From the IMG/VR virus record IMGVR_UViG_3300031857_023291: a stretch of 64,000 nt of DNA; one strand, 5' to 3'. Made by a program: the position numbers and the translations under genes. The notes beneath the pieces were generated by a model, which saw only the letters and a list, made by a program, of their open reading frames with translations, ran no database searches and was not told the DNA's origin. This document shows, piece after piece, positions 27,249 through 36,572 of the stretch. This DNA is from an uncultured virus (IMG/VR IMGVR_UViG_3300031857_023291) (taxonomy: Duplodnaviria > Heunggongvirae > Uroviricota > Caudoviricetes). The stretch's first letter is position 1. Every line of letters starts with the position of its first letter.

Positions 27249-27761
27249 ATGAGTAGGATTAAATCGTGGAGTTTATTTGAATCGGTGGTTAGCAGTGATA
27301 AATACTTAATTACTTTATCATCAGCTAATTGTATATTAGGAGCTAAGACTTGGATTGAAGGAACAAGTTCTAGAATAACAGATAGAGTTAGGGCAGATGC
27401 TGAAAAGAGTTGGTCACTTTATGCAATGTTAAATAAGATAACAGCACCTTCTCGCCTTGCAAAATTATCGAATGGGGAATTGGGTAAAGTAATTGCAGAA
27501 AGAGGAGTTAGACCATTAAGAATAAGAGAAGAATATGATGATGTTTGTAGAGGGTTGATTGGAGAGTTTCACCGTTTATTTTCTGGTTTTAAAAAGGGTT
27601 TAAAAATTGATGATAAGATAGAGTTTATGGTTTTATTAGAAGAGCATGATTGGATTTTTTCTGATAATGGTGATATAATCAAAGTTGTTGATGTAGAAGA
27701 GTTATCAAATGAAATAGGTATTATTTCGGATATGTTTGGATATTATTATTATCCTGCTTAA
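27249..27761 (+). CDS. N-tagged hypothetical protein
   Basis: Start moved to give MSRIKSWSLFES. Confidence 0.7.
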   Translation: MSRIKSWSLFESVVSSDKYLITLSSANCILGAKTWIEGTSSRITDRVRADAEKSWSLYAMLNKITAPSRLAKLSNGELGKVIAERGVRPLRIREEYDDVCRGLIGEFHRLFSGFKKGLKIDDKIEFMVLLEEHDWIFSDNGDIIKVVDVEELSNEIGIISDMFGYYYYPA

Positions 27762-27775
27762 TTATAAAGAGAAAT

Positions 27776-28168
27776 ATGATGAAAAGAATAAAGACATTTA
27801 ATTTGTTTGAATCATTTGATGATAGTTTAGATATTTTACCTATCGTAAAGGATATGTTATTAGAGTTAAGTGATTTAGATTATGTTACCAATTGTGTTAT
27901 TCGTAGATTGGATGGTAGGGAGTATATTCGAATAGGAATTGTTAAACCAGCCGTGATGAAGAGTAGATATGATGTTAAGGCGTCATTTGAGTGGATTGAT
28001 ATAAGGGAGATTATGAATACTATTATAGAGTATTTAAAATCTGAAGGATATCATTATCAAGGGGATAAGGGCACTCTATCTATGGGTGGTCAGCCTATTG
28101 TAGTTACATCTGGAAATGCTTATGAAGGTATTAAGTCAAGATGTGAAATGTGGTTTGAAAAAGGATGA
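27776..28168 (+). CDS. N-tagged paralog-family protein
   Basis: MKRIKTFNLFES; VKDMLLELSDLDY...IEYLKSEGY. Confidence 0.75.
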   Translation: MMKRIKTFNLFESFDDSLDILPIVKDMLLELSDLDYVTNCVIRRLDGREYIRIGIVKPAVMKSRYDVKASFEWIDIREIMNTIIEYLKSEGYHYQGDKGTLSMGGQPIVVTSGNAYEGIKSRCEMWFEKG

Positions 28169-29055
28169 AGATAAAAACATATAAGGGGTTTAATGAAGGT
28201 AAAGATTATAATTTATCTGTTATAAATGATATGTTATTAGATTTTACTGATAAGGATGTTGATGTTAGGGTAACGGATGGTTCTTGGATTTTAGATAATA
28301 AGTCAGTTGAATATGTTAAGATAAGTATTGGAAGACCTCAACATAGACCTTTCACTGTTGAATCTTGTATCTTTGATGTTATAGATTATTTAAAAGGCTG
28401 TGGTTTAGTTCTTATGGAAGAATCTTGGTTTTGGTATGGTGGGTGGCAGCATTATGTGGGTTGTCCTAATTGTTTATCAGATGATTTTGAGGATAATTAT
28501 GGTTTACGTGGAACTACTCGTTGTAATAAGTGTGAGTATATCGGACCTCCCGATAGGTTTTTATTAAGTCAGTGGCCAGTTACTCAAAAGAGGTTAGAGA
28601 TATCTATTAGTGAGGGTAAAAAGATAGAGCAGATAGAATTGTTATTTAGTGGTATTAAGAGTTTATATAAAGCGGGTATTAATGAGAGTTTTAGTCAGGG
28701 TGAAGTAGATGAGATTAAATCTACGGTTAGTGATATGTTACTTGAATTACAGTTTGATGACATCAGAGGATATGTTTGGGTTTTATCTGATAAGATGGTT
28801 CAGTTGGAATTAAGAAAGCGCGTTAAAGATAAATCATCTGCTGTTCTTTGGGGAGATAGTGATGAGAATAGGTCTTTTGAGTGGTCTGATGTTGAAGTGG
28901 TGGTAGATGGTATTTCAGAGTATTTAAGTGGTTGGGGATTTGTGCCTTACTCGGAGGTGCCTAAGTTTGAGGTTAGGGCAAACTGGGAAGGTTCTGATTC
29001 TACGGATTTAGCTGGATATGACACGTGTTTGTATTTGAGATGGAAAAAAAATTAG
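28165..29055 (+). CDS. N-tagged protein with two paralog-family domains and a Zn ribbon
   Basis: MKIKTYKGFNE; NDMLLDFTD..IDYLKGCG; CPNC..CNKC; SDMLLELQ..SEYLSGWG. Confidence 0.75.
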   Translation: MKIKTYKGFNEGKDYNLSVINDMLLDFTDKDVDVRVTDGSWILDNKSVEYVKISIGRPQHRPFTVESCIFDVIDYLKGCGLVLMEESWFWYGGWQHYVGCPNCLSDDFEDNYGLRGTTRCNKCEYIGPPDRFLLSQWPVTQKRLEISISEGKKIEQIELLFSGIKSLYKAGINESFSQGEVDEIKSTVSDMLLELQFDDIRGYVWVLSDKMVQLELRKRVKDKSSAVLWGDSDENRSFEWSDVEVVVDGISEYLSGWGFVPYSEVPKFEVRANWEGSDSTDLAGYDTCLYLRWKKN

Positions 29056-29091
29056 TTTAATTTTTAATATATATAAAAAATACTAATAAAA

Positions 29092-29622
29092 ATGGCTCGT
29101 AAGTTACTTTTCAAACAAAGCGGTTTAGATAATACAAATTCAACACCAATTGGTTATAAATTTTTAGGCGATAGTTCAGGGCAATTTTCTCAAAAGGAAG
29201 GTTCAACAATAACTCCGATAAGTGGTTCGTCATCAGCTAATGGATGGTCATTAATAAAGACAGTGACTTATACTGATATAAACTCACAGGAAGGTCAAAC
29301 TGAATTTATTGCTGGAACTTTTTCTTTTAGTTCTGGTTTAGTAGAAGCTGTTGCTATAAAATATACGCAATTATTAGATGTGGATTCCGGTGCTGCATTT
29401 CAGGTTGAAAATGTTGAAGGTCAAAGCTTAAGTCCAATTATAGCCACAAGATTAGAACAAATAGGCACATCTCATCTTCCTCTGACTGGATATCAAATAT
29501 CTGATTATAATGTGATTTTTAGAGCAGGTCAAGATGCTAATCCTCCTTTTTCGCCTCTTACATTTTCATCGACTAACACACAGGGTGAATTTGAAATCTG
29601 GTCCAAAATCTCTGTTTTGTAG
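29092..29622 (+). CDS. Hypothetical, probably virion-associated beta-rich protein
   Basis: N-terminus shared with 2487..4007; TAATATATA at 29065. Confidence 0.5.
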   Translation: MARKLLFKQSGLDNTNSTPIGYKFLGDSSGQFSQKEGSTITPISGSSSANGWSLIKTVTYTDINSQEGQTEFIAGTFSFSSGLVEAVAIKYTQLLDVDSGAAFQVENVEGQSLSPIIATRLEQIGTSHLPLTGYQISDYNVIFRAGQDANPPFSPLTFSSTNTQGEFEIWSKISVL

Positions 29623-29625
29623 TTT

Positions 29626-29787
29626 TCATTTTAATAGTTGTTCAAATTTCTTTTCTCTTAGACAAATTTTACAATAGTGGCCGTTACCTTTAAAATATGC
29701 TTCGCAATTGATACAAATCTTATCATACTGAATCATAACTTTTTGGATCTCTTCGAGTATTTTATCGAGTTTAAATTTGTTATTCAT
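29626..29787 (-). CDS. 53-aa Zn-finger protein with C-terminal tag (LREKKFEQLLK); not in ORF track
   Basis: Manual translation: MNNKFKLDKILEEIQKVMIQYDKICINCEAYFKGNGHYCKICLREKKFEQLLK. Confidence 0.7.
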   Translation of the reverse strand: MNNKFKLDKILEEIQKVMIQYDKICINCEAYFKGNGHYCKICLREKKFEQLLK

Positions 29788-30013
29788 TTATTATTTTATT
29801 TATTTTTTGATTTCTCAGTTCTATTTGAATTTCTTGCCAATCTTTTTCAAATATTGAAATTGATTGTCCACCATCTATATCTATGAATAGTATTTGACCA
29901 TCACAAGATTTATTTTTTCTAATACTATTTACTTTGATTCTTCTGAAGAAATCTATATTGAGTAGCATACCACCAACCGGTGTATTTATTGGCCATTCTT
30001 TATCTTTTTGCAT
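29780..30013 (-). CDS. Hypothetical protein, C-terminal tag (LRNQKINKIINE)
   Basis: ORF track. Confidence 0.7.
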   Translation of the reverse strand: MQKDKEWPINTPVGGMLLNIDFFRRIKVNSIRKNKSCDGQILFIDIDGGQSISIFEKDWQEIQIELRNQKINKIINE

Positions 30014-30066
30014 ATCTATTTTAGTATTGAATTAAAAATTAGTTTTAGTCAATTAATATATAATTA

Positions 30067-30516
30067 GTGAAAAGGATAAAGACATTTAGATTATTCGAAT
30101 CAGTTGAATTCGTAAAAGACATGGTAGAAGACCTTCTTAGAGATTTCTCTGATGATGATATTCCGGTTGATGTTGAAATATATCAACCAGATCCGAATTC
30201 TGAAGAAAGTAGAGTTTTAATTCTTATTGGAGATGAAGATAATATGGAACAATCTAAAGACCTACCACTTTACGAAAACTTAAATAGTTTTATATCACTT
30301 AATGAATATCTTATAGAAGAGGGTTACCAATTAGTTAGTATTGCTTGTTGCATAAAGACAGATAATGAGCCCGTAAGTGGGAAAAGACCGATTACTATTA
30401 CTGAGTTTGATAATTTTATTTCAAAAATAGAAGAGGTTGAAAGTTGGAATAGGAGATACCCTGCACTTTGGCACAAGACATTTAAGTTAATTGATATCTA
30501 TTATACAAAAAAATAA
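30067..30516 (+). CDS. N-tagged paralog-family protein
   Basis: MKRIKTFRLFES; close paralog of 31082. Confidence 0.78.
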   Translation: MKRIKTFRLFESVEFVKDMVEDLLRDFSDDDIPVDVEIYQPDPNSEESRVLILIGDEDNMEQSKDLPLYENLNSFISLNEYLIEEGYQLVSIACCIKTDNEPVSGKRPITITEFDNFISKIEEVESWNRRYPALWHKTFKLIDIYYTKK

Positions 30517-30539
30517 ACCATAAAAATAATATATAAGTT

Positions 30540-31076
30540 ATGAAATATTTAAAGACATTTGAGGAATTAAGTCCGGAAACTTATAAGAGTGCGGCAGATA
30601 AACTTTCAGCAATGGGTCAGGAATCCAGAGCTGAAAAATTAAAAGAATATGCAAATAGCAGATTCTACAAAGAATTTATCCATAGACAGGAAACTGATCC
30701 TCAGTTTAAGGCTACGGTTGAAAGGTTTAAGAAAACACCTGAGTATGAAGAGTTTTGTAAAGTAGCTCAGGAAAATCCTGATGATATAATTACTTTAGTT
30801 GAAAACTTTGATAAAGTAAAGGCTGAATTAGAGCACGAAGACCATGTCGTATTTGCTGAGTTTTCACCTGAAAAGAAAAAGAAAAAAATCTTAACAGCTT
30901 TAAAACACATTGGTATTGGAGTTGTTGCAGCAACTGCGGTAGCGGCTATTGGTGCAATTGAAAGTGGATTAGGAACTGGAGGTGCTTTACATGCGATGGT
31001 TGGTGCGTTTTTTGCTTCACTTTTAGGTTTCGGAACTATGCAAATATCTACGGCACTTGCACCTGAAAAGAAATAA
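30540..31076 (+). CDS. N-tagged protein with Gly/Ala-rich C-terminal TM hairpin
   Basis: MKYLKTFEE; IGIGVVAATAVAAIG... Confidence 0.75.
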   Translation: MKYLKTFEELSPETYKSAADKLSAMGQESRAEKLKEYANSRFYKEFIHRQETDPQFKATVERFKKTPEYEEFCKVAQENPDDIITLVENFDKVKAELEHEDHVVFAEFSPEKKKKKILTALKHIGIGVVAATAVAAIGAIESGLGTGGALHAMVGAFFASLLGFGTMQISTALAPEKK

Positions 31077-31081
31077 TATCT

Positions 31082-31555
31082 GTGAAACATTTAAAATCAT
31101 ATAAATTATTCGAATCTGTTGAAGTTAGTAAAACTATGATAGAAGATTTTCTTAGAGAGTTTTCTGACAATGATATCAGAGTTGATGTTGAACTTTATAT
31201 TAAACCAGGAGAAACCGATGTAAAGAAAATATTTATTGGCATTGGTGATGAAGAAGATATGGGTGATGATTTGGGAATTGGAAATTATCTTAAAGATATA
31301 CTTCCACTCTACGAAAACATTGATAATCTTATTTCAATGCATAATTATTTAATAGGAGAAGGATATAATTTTGATAGTGTTTCTTGTTGGGGAGATTTTA
31401 GTAAAAATAATGCAAGCCAAGTGAATATTGTCAGAATGCTATCACCACAGGAACAAGTCAAAGAATTTAGAGAATTTTCTGAATTTTTGGAAGATGTAGA
31501 GACTTCTGATAAGAAGAGTTACAAAATGGTTGAATTTTTCTACAAGAAATCTTAA
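31082..31555 (+). CDS. N-tagged paralog-family protein
   Basis: MKHLKSYKLFES; EDFLREFSDNDI..LPLYEN..NYLIGEGY. Confidence 0.78.
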   Translation: MKHLKSYKLFESVEVSKTMIEDFLREFSDNDIRVDVELYIKPGETDVKKIFIGIGDEEDMGDDLGIGNYLKDILPLYENIDNLISMHNYLIGEGYNFDSVSCWGDFSKNNASQVNIVRMLSPQEQVKEFREFSEFLEDVETSDKKSYKMVEFFYKKS

Positions 31556-31583
31556 ATTACACTTTTAATATATAACTCTTAAG

Positions 31584-32207
31584 ATGAGATATATTAAGAA
31601 GTTTAATGAATCAAAAGAGGAGATTAAAGACTTGGATTGGTCTTTTATCAAAGATTGCCTTCTTGATACTTTTGAATCAGTGAATACTAAAGCTATTTTC
31701 TATTTTTATTCGTGTAATTTCAATGGAGGTAGAAAAGATGATTGGTATTATAACAAGTATTCTGGTTCAAGTTTTGGTTACGGAAATTCAAGAATTACAG
31801 ATATTTTTACTTATGACCCTGAAGTAGATAAAAGAGAAAATCAACCGGAAGATGGTGATATCTTTTTAAGAAGTTACCCTAATGGTTCTGGTCTTTGGGG
31901 AGTAGAATTCAAGTTTGAGATATCTGATGTCAAAAGGGTTGAATCGATTAGTGAATTAAATGATATTAGTAAGTATTTTGAAAAGTGTAAAAATTTAACA
32001 GAAGATATTTCTTCTACAGTTGAAAGATTAGTAGAGAGATATGATTATAAGATTGGTTTTGAGAAGGATTTATTTACGGCATATACACGAACTTCGGATG
32101 CTGCTGAAAAACAATTTTACCATATTAAGTTTTCTATTTGGGATAGAGAAATAAGAGAGATTATGGAAAGGGAATACCGCTGGGAACAAACAAATTTTAT
32201 TAACTAA
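31584..32207 (+). CDS. N-tagged hypothetical protein
   Basis: MRYIKKFNES; IKDCLLD. Confidence 0.75.
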   Translation: MRYIKKFNESKEEIKDLDWSFIKDCLLDTFESVNTKAIFYFYSCNFNGGRKDDWYYNKYSGSSFGYGNSRITDIFTYDPEVDKRENQPEDGDIFLRSYPNGSGLWGVEFKFEISDVKRVESISELNDISKYFEKCKNLTEDISSTVERLVERYDYKIGFEKDLFTAYTRTSDAAEKQFYHIKFSIWDREIREIMEREYRWEQTNFIN

Positions 32208-32208
32208 A

Positions 32209-32238
32209 ATGAAGTGGATTAAGACGTATGAGATCTGA
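32209..32238 (+). pseudogene. Orphan N-terminal tag mini-ORF MKWIKTYEI*
   Basis: atg aag tgg att aag acg tat gag atc tga. Confidence 0.6.
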
Positions 32239-32276
32239 AGAAAAATCAGAGAAAACTGAGGAAACTGAAAAAAATA

Positions 32277-32744
32277 ATGAAATATTTAAAGACATACATA
32301 TTATTTGAGGATGTTAATGTAGATAGGGGTAATTTACAAAGACTAAAAGATCATTTTAGTCCTTTTTTAGATGATATGAAAATCAGAACTGGTAAAGATA
32401 TGTCACAAATTTTTGATGATAATTTTATTCAGACTATATCTGATATGTGTTTAGAATTAGATGATTTAGGTTATTCTGTCAGAATTTATTTTCCTCAATA
32501 TCATAAAGAAGGGTCCACTGAAATTTTTCCGAGCTGTTGTATTGATATTGATTCACAAACAGGACACTTTTTAGACAATGCGGCATTAGAAATGACTATT
32601 AAAGAGATTCAAAGTTATGTTTCTGATTTTAATTTAAGTGTAGATATAGAATTGGGAAGTGATGACCAATTTGTCACAGCGGATGAATTTATTAATCAAT
32701 ATAATGTTGAAGAGTTAGATGTTATATCAATTTTAATTTACTAA
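32277..32744 (+). CDS. N-tagged paralog-family protein
   Basis: MKYLKTYILFE; SDMCLELDDLGY. Confidence 0.75.
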   Translation: MKYLKTYILFEDVNVDRGNLQRLKDHFSPFLDDMKIRTGKDMSQIFDDNFIQTISDMCLELDDLGYSVRIYFPQYHKEGSTEIFPSCCIDIDSQTGHFLDNAALEMTIKEIQSYVSDFNLSVDIELGSDDQFVTADEFINQYNVEELDVISILIY

Positions 32745-32747
32745 GAG

Positions 32748-32774
32748 ATGAAATACTTAAAGAAGTTAGATTAG
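32748..32774 (+). pseudogene. Orphan N-terminal tag mini-ORF MKYLKKLD*
   Basis: atg aaa tac tta aag aag tta gat tag. Confidence 0.55.
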
Positions 32775-32823
32775 AATTTTTACCAATTTAATTTTTGATA
32801 TATAAAATAAAAATCAAAAATTT

Positions 32824-34242
32824 ATGTCTTATATACCATCTACTTGGCACTATGAATTCGATCAAAAAGGTGATAGAATTTATACTGATAAAATACTAAA
32901 TGTAGTTCAACAAAACTTACTAACACTTTCAACCTTAATTGATGATATTAGAACAGATGCTAATATTAATATTCTTTTTGTACAAGGTTGGGCAAATTGT
33001 AAAACGGTTAAAGATGCAACTGTTCAGACTATTGCGTTTTTTGCTTCTAAAATTATTGAAGGTTTAGGTGTTGTTTTTACGGCTGGAACCGCAGCTGCTA
33101 TTGTTGCAACTATTGTTTGTAAATTAGTAAGTGCTTTAATTACACATTTTGCAAATCCACAATCGAAAGATTCTTACAACCAACTTCAATCAGTTGCTTC
33201 TGATTTAAAATTATCAATAGATAAGCATTGTTTTTTAGTTCAGGAGAAAATTGCTTTTTGGTTAGATGATTTGCAAAAAGAATGGGATAATGAATTACAA
33301 TGTCCAGGTGCTAAGCATCAAGAATTTATGGGTCCTGTTAAGTTATCTGATTTAGCAACAGATAACTTCTTACCAAAGAAAGGATCAACTGACTATGTCC
33401 ATTGTAGAGAAAAGATGAATGAGTTTTCAACTTATGAAGCAGCGGCTTCGCTTCTGCCAGTTAGATGGAGAATCAGAAGACATAAGGCTTTCCCTGGTGA
33501 CGGTATTTCAAATTTCTTATCAGGATGGGAAGTGAGCTTTTATAAAGTTAGAGGTAGAGGAACATGGGATAGTTGGAGAAGCTCATCAGAGTTTCCAAAA
33601 ATTCCAGGTAATTTAAGTGGAGATATTGAAGGGCCTTTTGAGTATCAAGAAAAAGGAGATAATGCGCACGCTCAAAGATTTATGAGTTATTATGAAAGCT
33701 GGAGAGACTACTCTTGGTCTGATGGTTCTAAATTTGATGACTCAAGACAATGGTCTGGAACTCGTTGGATGGGTTTCTCTGGAAAACATGATTATATAAT
33801 TGATGATAATGACCACTCAAATTTATTACAAGGAACTTCTTTTTTAGACTTAATTGAAGATATATTAAATGGTGTTTATAATTCGTATGGTGATTGGTCT
33901 GTTAAGAATTCGCTTCCGAATGAACCATCTTACTATCTTTGGTATAAGACTAAAAGAGCAAATGAGCCTGAAATTATAAATGATAGAAGAGTTTGGACTC
34001 TGATGGGTAATGAAGCTTGTCAAGATTGGGCGTATGATTCTTATGATATTTTTCATTGGGGAAGAGCATACAGGGGTATTACTTTAAACCATTGGACAAT
34101 GGTTGATGAGAACGGAAATTATGCTCCAAAAGAGTTTTGTAATTGGTTGTTTAAAGATAATGGTCATGGTAAAATGAATCCCAATGGTGGTGTTGCTGAA
34201 ATCGGAGATGTTTATCACAATTGGGGATTATCATTCGAGTAA
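32824..34242 (+). CDS. Hypothetical 472-aa protein; hydrophobic hairpin then Trp-rich domain
   Basis: ORF track; GATATATA upstream. Confidence 0.75.
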   Translation: MSYIPSTWHYEFDQKGDRIYTDKILNVVQQNLLTLSTLIDDIRTDANINILFVQGWANCKTVKDATVQTIAFFASKIIEGLGVVFTAGTAAAIVATIVCKLVSALITHFANPQSKDSYNQLQSVASDLKLSIDKHCFLVQEKIAFWLDDLQKEWDNELQCPGAKHQEFMGPVKLSDLATDNFLPKKGSTDYVHCREKMNEFSTYEAAASLLPVRWRIRRHKAFPGDGISNFLSGWEVSFYKVRGRGTWDSWRSSSEFPKIPGNLSGDIEGPFEYQEKGDNAHAQRFMSYYESWRDYSWSDGSKFDDSRQWSGTRWMGFSGKHDYIIDDNDHSNLLQGTSFLDLIEDILNGVYNSYGDWSVKNSLPNEPSYYLWYKTKRANEPEIINDRRVWTLMGNEACQDWAYDSYDIFHWGRAYRGITLNHWTMVDENGNYAPKEFCNWLFKDNGHGKMNPNGGVAEIGDVYHNWGLSFE

Positions 34243-34271
34243 TCAATTAAACAATTCCAACGAAAAGTTTA

Positions 34272-34592
34272 TTAAAAAGCTGGTACAGAATCTCTGATTA
34301 TCTTATTGAATTTATGGTCAATCAACACATAAGGTGATGGAATGATTACTTCGCTGCTATCGGAGTTTACATATCTCAAATAGTTATCTCCGAATTCAAT
34401 TGTATCGGTATACCAAATAGCATCGTGTGGTTTACCATTATGTATGACGTAGCCATGAATTTCATATCTCCACTCGGTTTGTTTTTGTTTCGGAGGTCTA
34501 CATTGTGAAATAAGTACGATTGAGAATATTAAAAATAAACTCGCTAGTATTAGTGTCCAGTTGTTTTTAATTTTTTCCATAATTTTTGTCAT
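34272..34592 (-). CDS. Membrane-anchored hypothetical protein
   Basis: N-terminal TM segment. Confidence 0.65.
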   Translation of the reverse strand: MTKIMEKIKNNWTLILASLFLIFSIVLISQCRPPKQKQTEWRYEIHGYVIHNGKPHDAIWYTDTIEFGDNYLRYVNSDSSEVIIPSPYVLIDHKFNKIIRDSVPAF

Positions 34593-34630
34593 ATATTTGT
34601 ATATGTGATACCATTGTAAAAGTTTATTTT

Positions 34631-34855
34631 TTATATTTCGGTATCTGGTTTAAATGATTTGGGAATATATTCTGGATCAATATCATCAATATAAATTTCT
34701 AATTCTTCGAACCTTATCATTATTTTCTGCTCTTCTTTAAGTTTATCATACTTTTTCCAATTTCTGAACCTTCTGGCATGAATTATTTGTTCTATTGTAA
34801 GTTGCTCTTCAATGACTGCCAATTTATAATATGATAAAGTTAGGTTACTCTTCAT
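34631..34855 (-). CDS. Hypothetical protein
   Basis: ORF track, overlapping operon. Confidence 0.6.
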   Translation of the reverse strand: MKSNLTLSYYKLAVIEEQLTIEQIIHARRFRNWKKYDKLKEEQKIMIRFEELEIYIDDIDPEYIPKSFKPDTEI

Positions 34856-35048
34856 TATTTTCGTCTATTAGTGGTAATTCAATAGTCACATAAATAATCA
34901 TTTTACCTCTTTCTTTAATAAACTTCAAATCACCAAAATATCCACTCTGATTAGCTTTATCTCTATACCAATCAAAAACCTTATCAAAGTTTTTTTCGAA
35001 TACTTTTAATTTTTCACTTCCAAGTCTATGAAGTCTAATATCAGTCAA
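34845..35048 (-). CDS. Hypothetical protein
   Basis: ORF track, overlapping operon. Confidence 0.6.
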   Translation of the reverse strand: MTDIRLHRLGSEKLKVFEKNFDKVFDWYRDKANQSGYFGDLKFIKERGKMIIYVTIELPLIDENNEE

Positions 35049-35268
35049 TTATTGAATTTATTTTTTTTTCTCTTTTGTATTTAATCTTATAATTCAGTTC
35101 ATTTATTAATACAATATCATGCATTGCGGAATTTGATGAAATACAAAACTGGAATTGTTCACCATCAATATCTTCAATAGTATATATTGAAGAATCATTA
35201 TCATATTCAGTTTTGATAATTTTGAATCTACCTCTGAATTTATCTTTTATTTTATTTATTAGATACAT
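35041..35268 (-). CDS. Hypothetical protein, C-terminal tag (KREKKINSIID)
   Basis: Paralog of 25241..25474. Confidence 0.7.
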   Translation of the reverse strand: MYLINKIKDKFRGRFKIIKTEYDNDSSIYTIEDIDGEQFQFCISSNSAMHDIVLINELNYKIKYKREKKINSIID

Positions 35269-35321
35269 TTTAATAATTATAGGTAAAAAATATGAAAAGT
35301 CAAAATTAATATATAAAGAGT

Positions 35322-36524
35322 ATGAATATTATCAAGTTTAATCAATTCTTAAATGAAGATGTTATGATTTCTTCTCTCGATTGCGTTATAGATGAATTCG
35401 GTAACGTTTACAATGATTTTAACAAACAATTTCCATTAAGAAAGGGAAACATTGTTAAACAGAAGGTAGCTGGTAGAAATCAGATAGTTTCTATTTTAGG
35501 TTATGATAAAAAAGAATATATTGCTGGAATTGACAAAAACGGGACATTAGTTGTTCCAGAAAAATACAAACTTGATGGTTACTTAATTGATACATTAGGC
35601 AACAGAGTAAAAGTTCCGAGTTATGTTACAGGAACTAAAAGTAAATTTTGGAGAATTGGTGACGATTATTCGAAATTAATACCATATACACCTACTGGTT
35701 GGGTTAATACCAAAATTGACATGGAAGTAATAAAACGTGTTAGAAGATACTCAAAAGGTTTAGGAACAGGCAAAGGATTGAAGGGTCTTGTTAGTAAATT
35801 AGAAGATTTACAAAGATTGAGTTCAGGTGCGGTAAAAAGAAGACAAAGATCTCGAGAGACCGTTCAAAAAGAGATGTCGGTAATTATTCTATTACACTTC
35901 ATAAATGAAATTAAAGACTATTTTACACCTTCATCGTCTGGATTTTTATTTGAATCGTTTTTAGGTGGTCTGATTAAAAACTCAAAAGTAATAGAAGATA
36001 ACTCAAAAGCTGATATTTATGCCGATGGTGAAAGTTGGCAAATCAAATTATATGATAGTTTAGCATCAAGTGTTTCCGTGGCCTATATGCCTGATGGGAG
36101 TCCTATAAATCATTATGTGATTGCTCTTAAATATGCGGATAGAATTGATATCATTATTTTAGAAGGAACTGATGATAAAAGTAATCCAAATTCTTATTTA
36201 AACTATTTTACTAATAATACTGGTCTTACATTTTCGATAGCACAGGCTAAAAGAGCTCCAAACAAATATAGCATTGAGACACTCGGAATAGAAGAAAAGA
36301 TTGAATCAATTGCTGCCGGATTGAAAGAATCAATTGATGATATTTATACTGATTTAAGTAGATTTCAGTATAACATCGAGTCTATAATAACTGGTGTTGA
36401 TGAAAAAGGTAAACTATTGAATGACCAAAAATTTGAAGAAACTTATAATAACTCTATGGGTATTGTTCAAAACTTAGACAAAAAAGTCACCGCGCTCTAC
36501 AAAACAATAAAAAGAGAGTCTTAG
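35322..36524 (+). CDS. N-tagged protein, possible PD-(D/E)xK nuclease-like domain
   Basis: MNIIKFNQFLNE; GFLFE...ADI-x7-QIK. Confidence 0.5.
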   Translation: MNIIKFNQFLNEDVMISSLDCVIDEFGNVYNDFNKQFPLRKGNIVKQKVAGRNQIVSILGYDKKEYIAGIDKNGTLVVPEKYKLDGYLIDTLGNRVKVPSYVTGTKSKFWRIGDDYSKLIPYTPTGWVNTKIDMEVIKRVRRYSKGLGTGKGLKGLVSKLEDLQRLSSGAVKRRQRSRETVQKEMSVIILLHFINEIKDYFTPSSSGFLFESFLGGLIKNSKVIEDNSKADIYADGESWQIKLYDSLASSVSVAYMPDGSPINHYVIALKYADRIDIIILEGTDDKSNPNSYLNYFTNNTGLTFSIAQAKRAPNKYSIETLGIEEKIESIAAGLKESIDDIYTDLSRFQYNIESIITGVDEKGKLLNDQKFEETYNNSMGIVQNLDKKVTALYKTIKRES

Positions 36525-36572
36525 ATTTGCTAAAATAAATTATTATTATTATTTTTGTAGAAAATCATACAA

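Noticed and set aside
32824..34242. Pore-forming toxin
   Set aside because: Only a hydrophobic hairpin supports it; no recognisable family motif.
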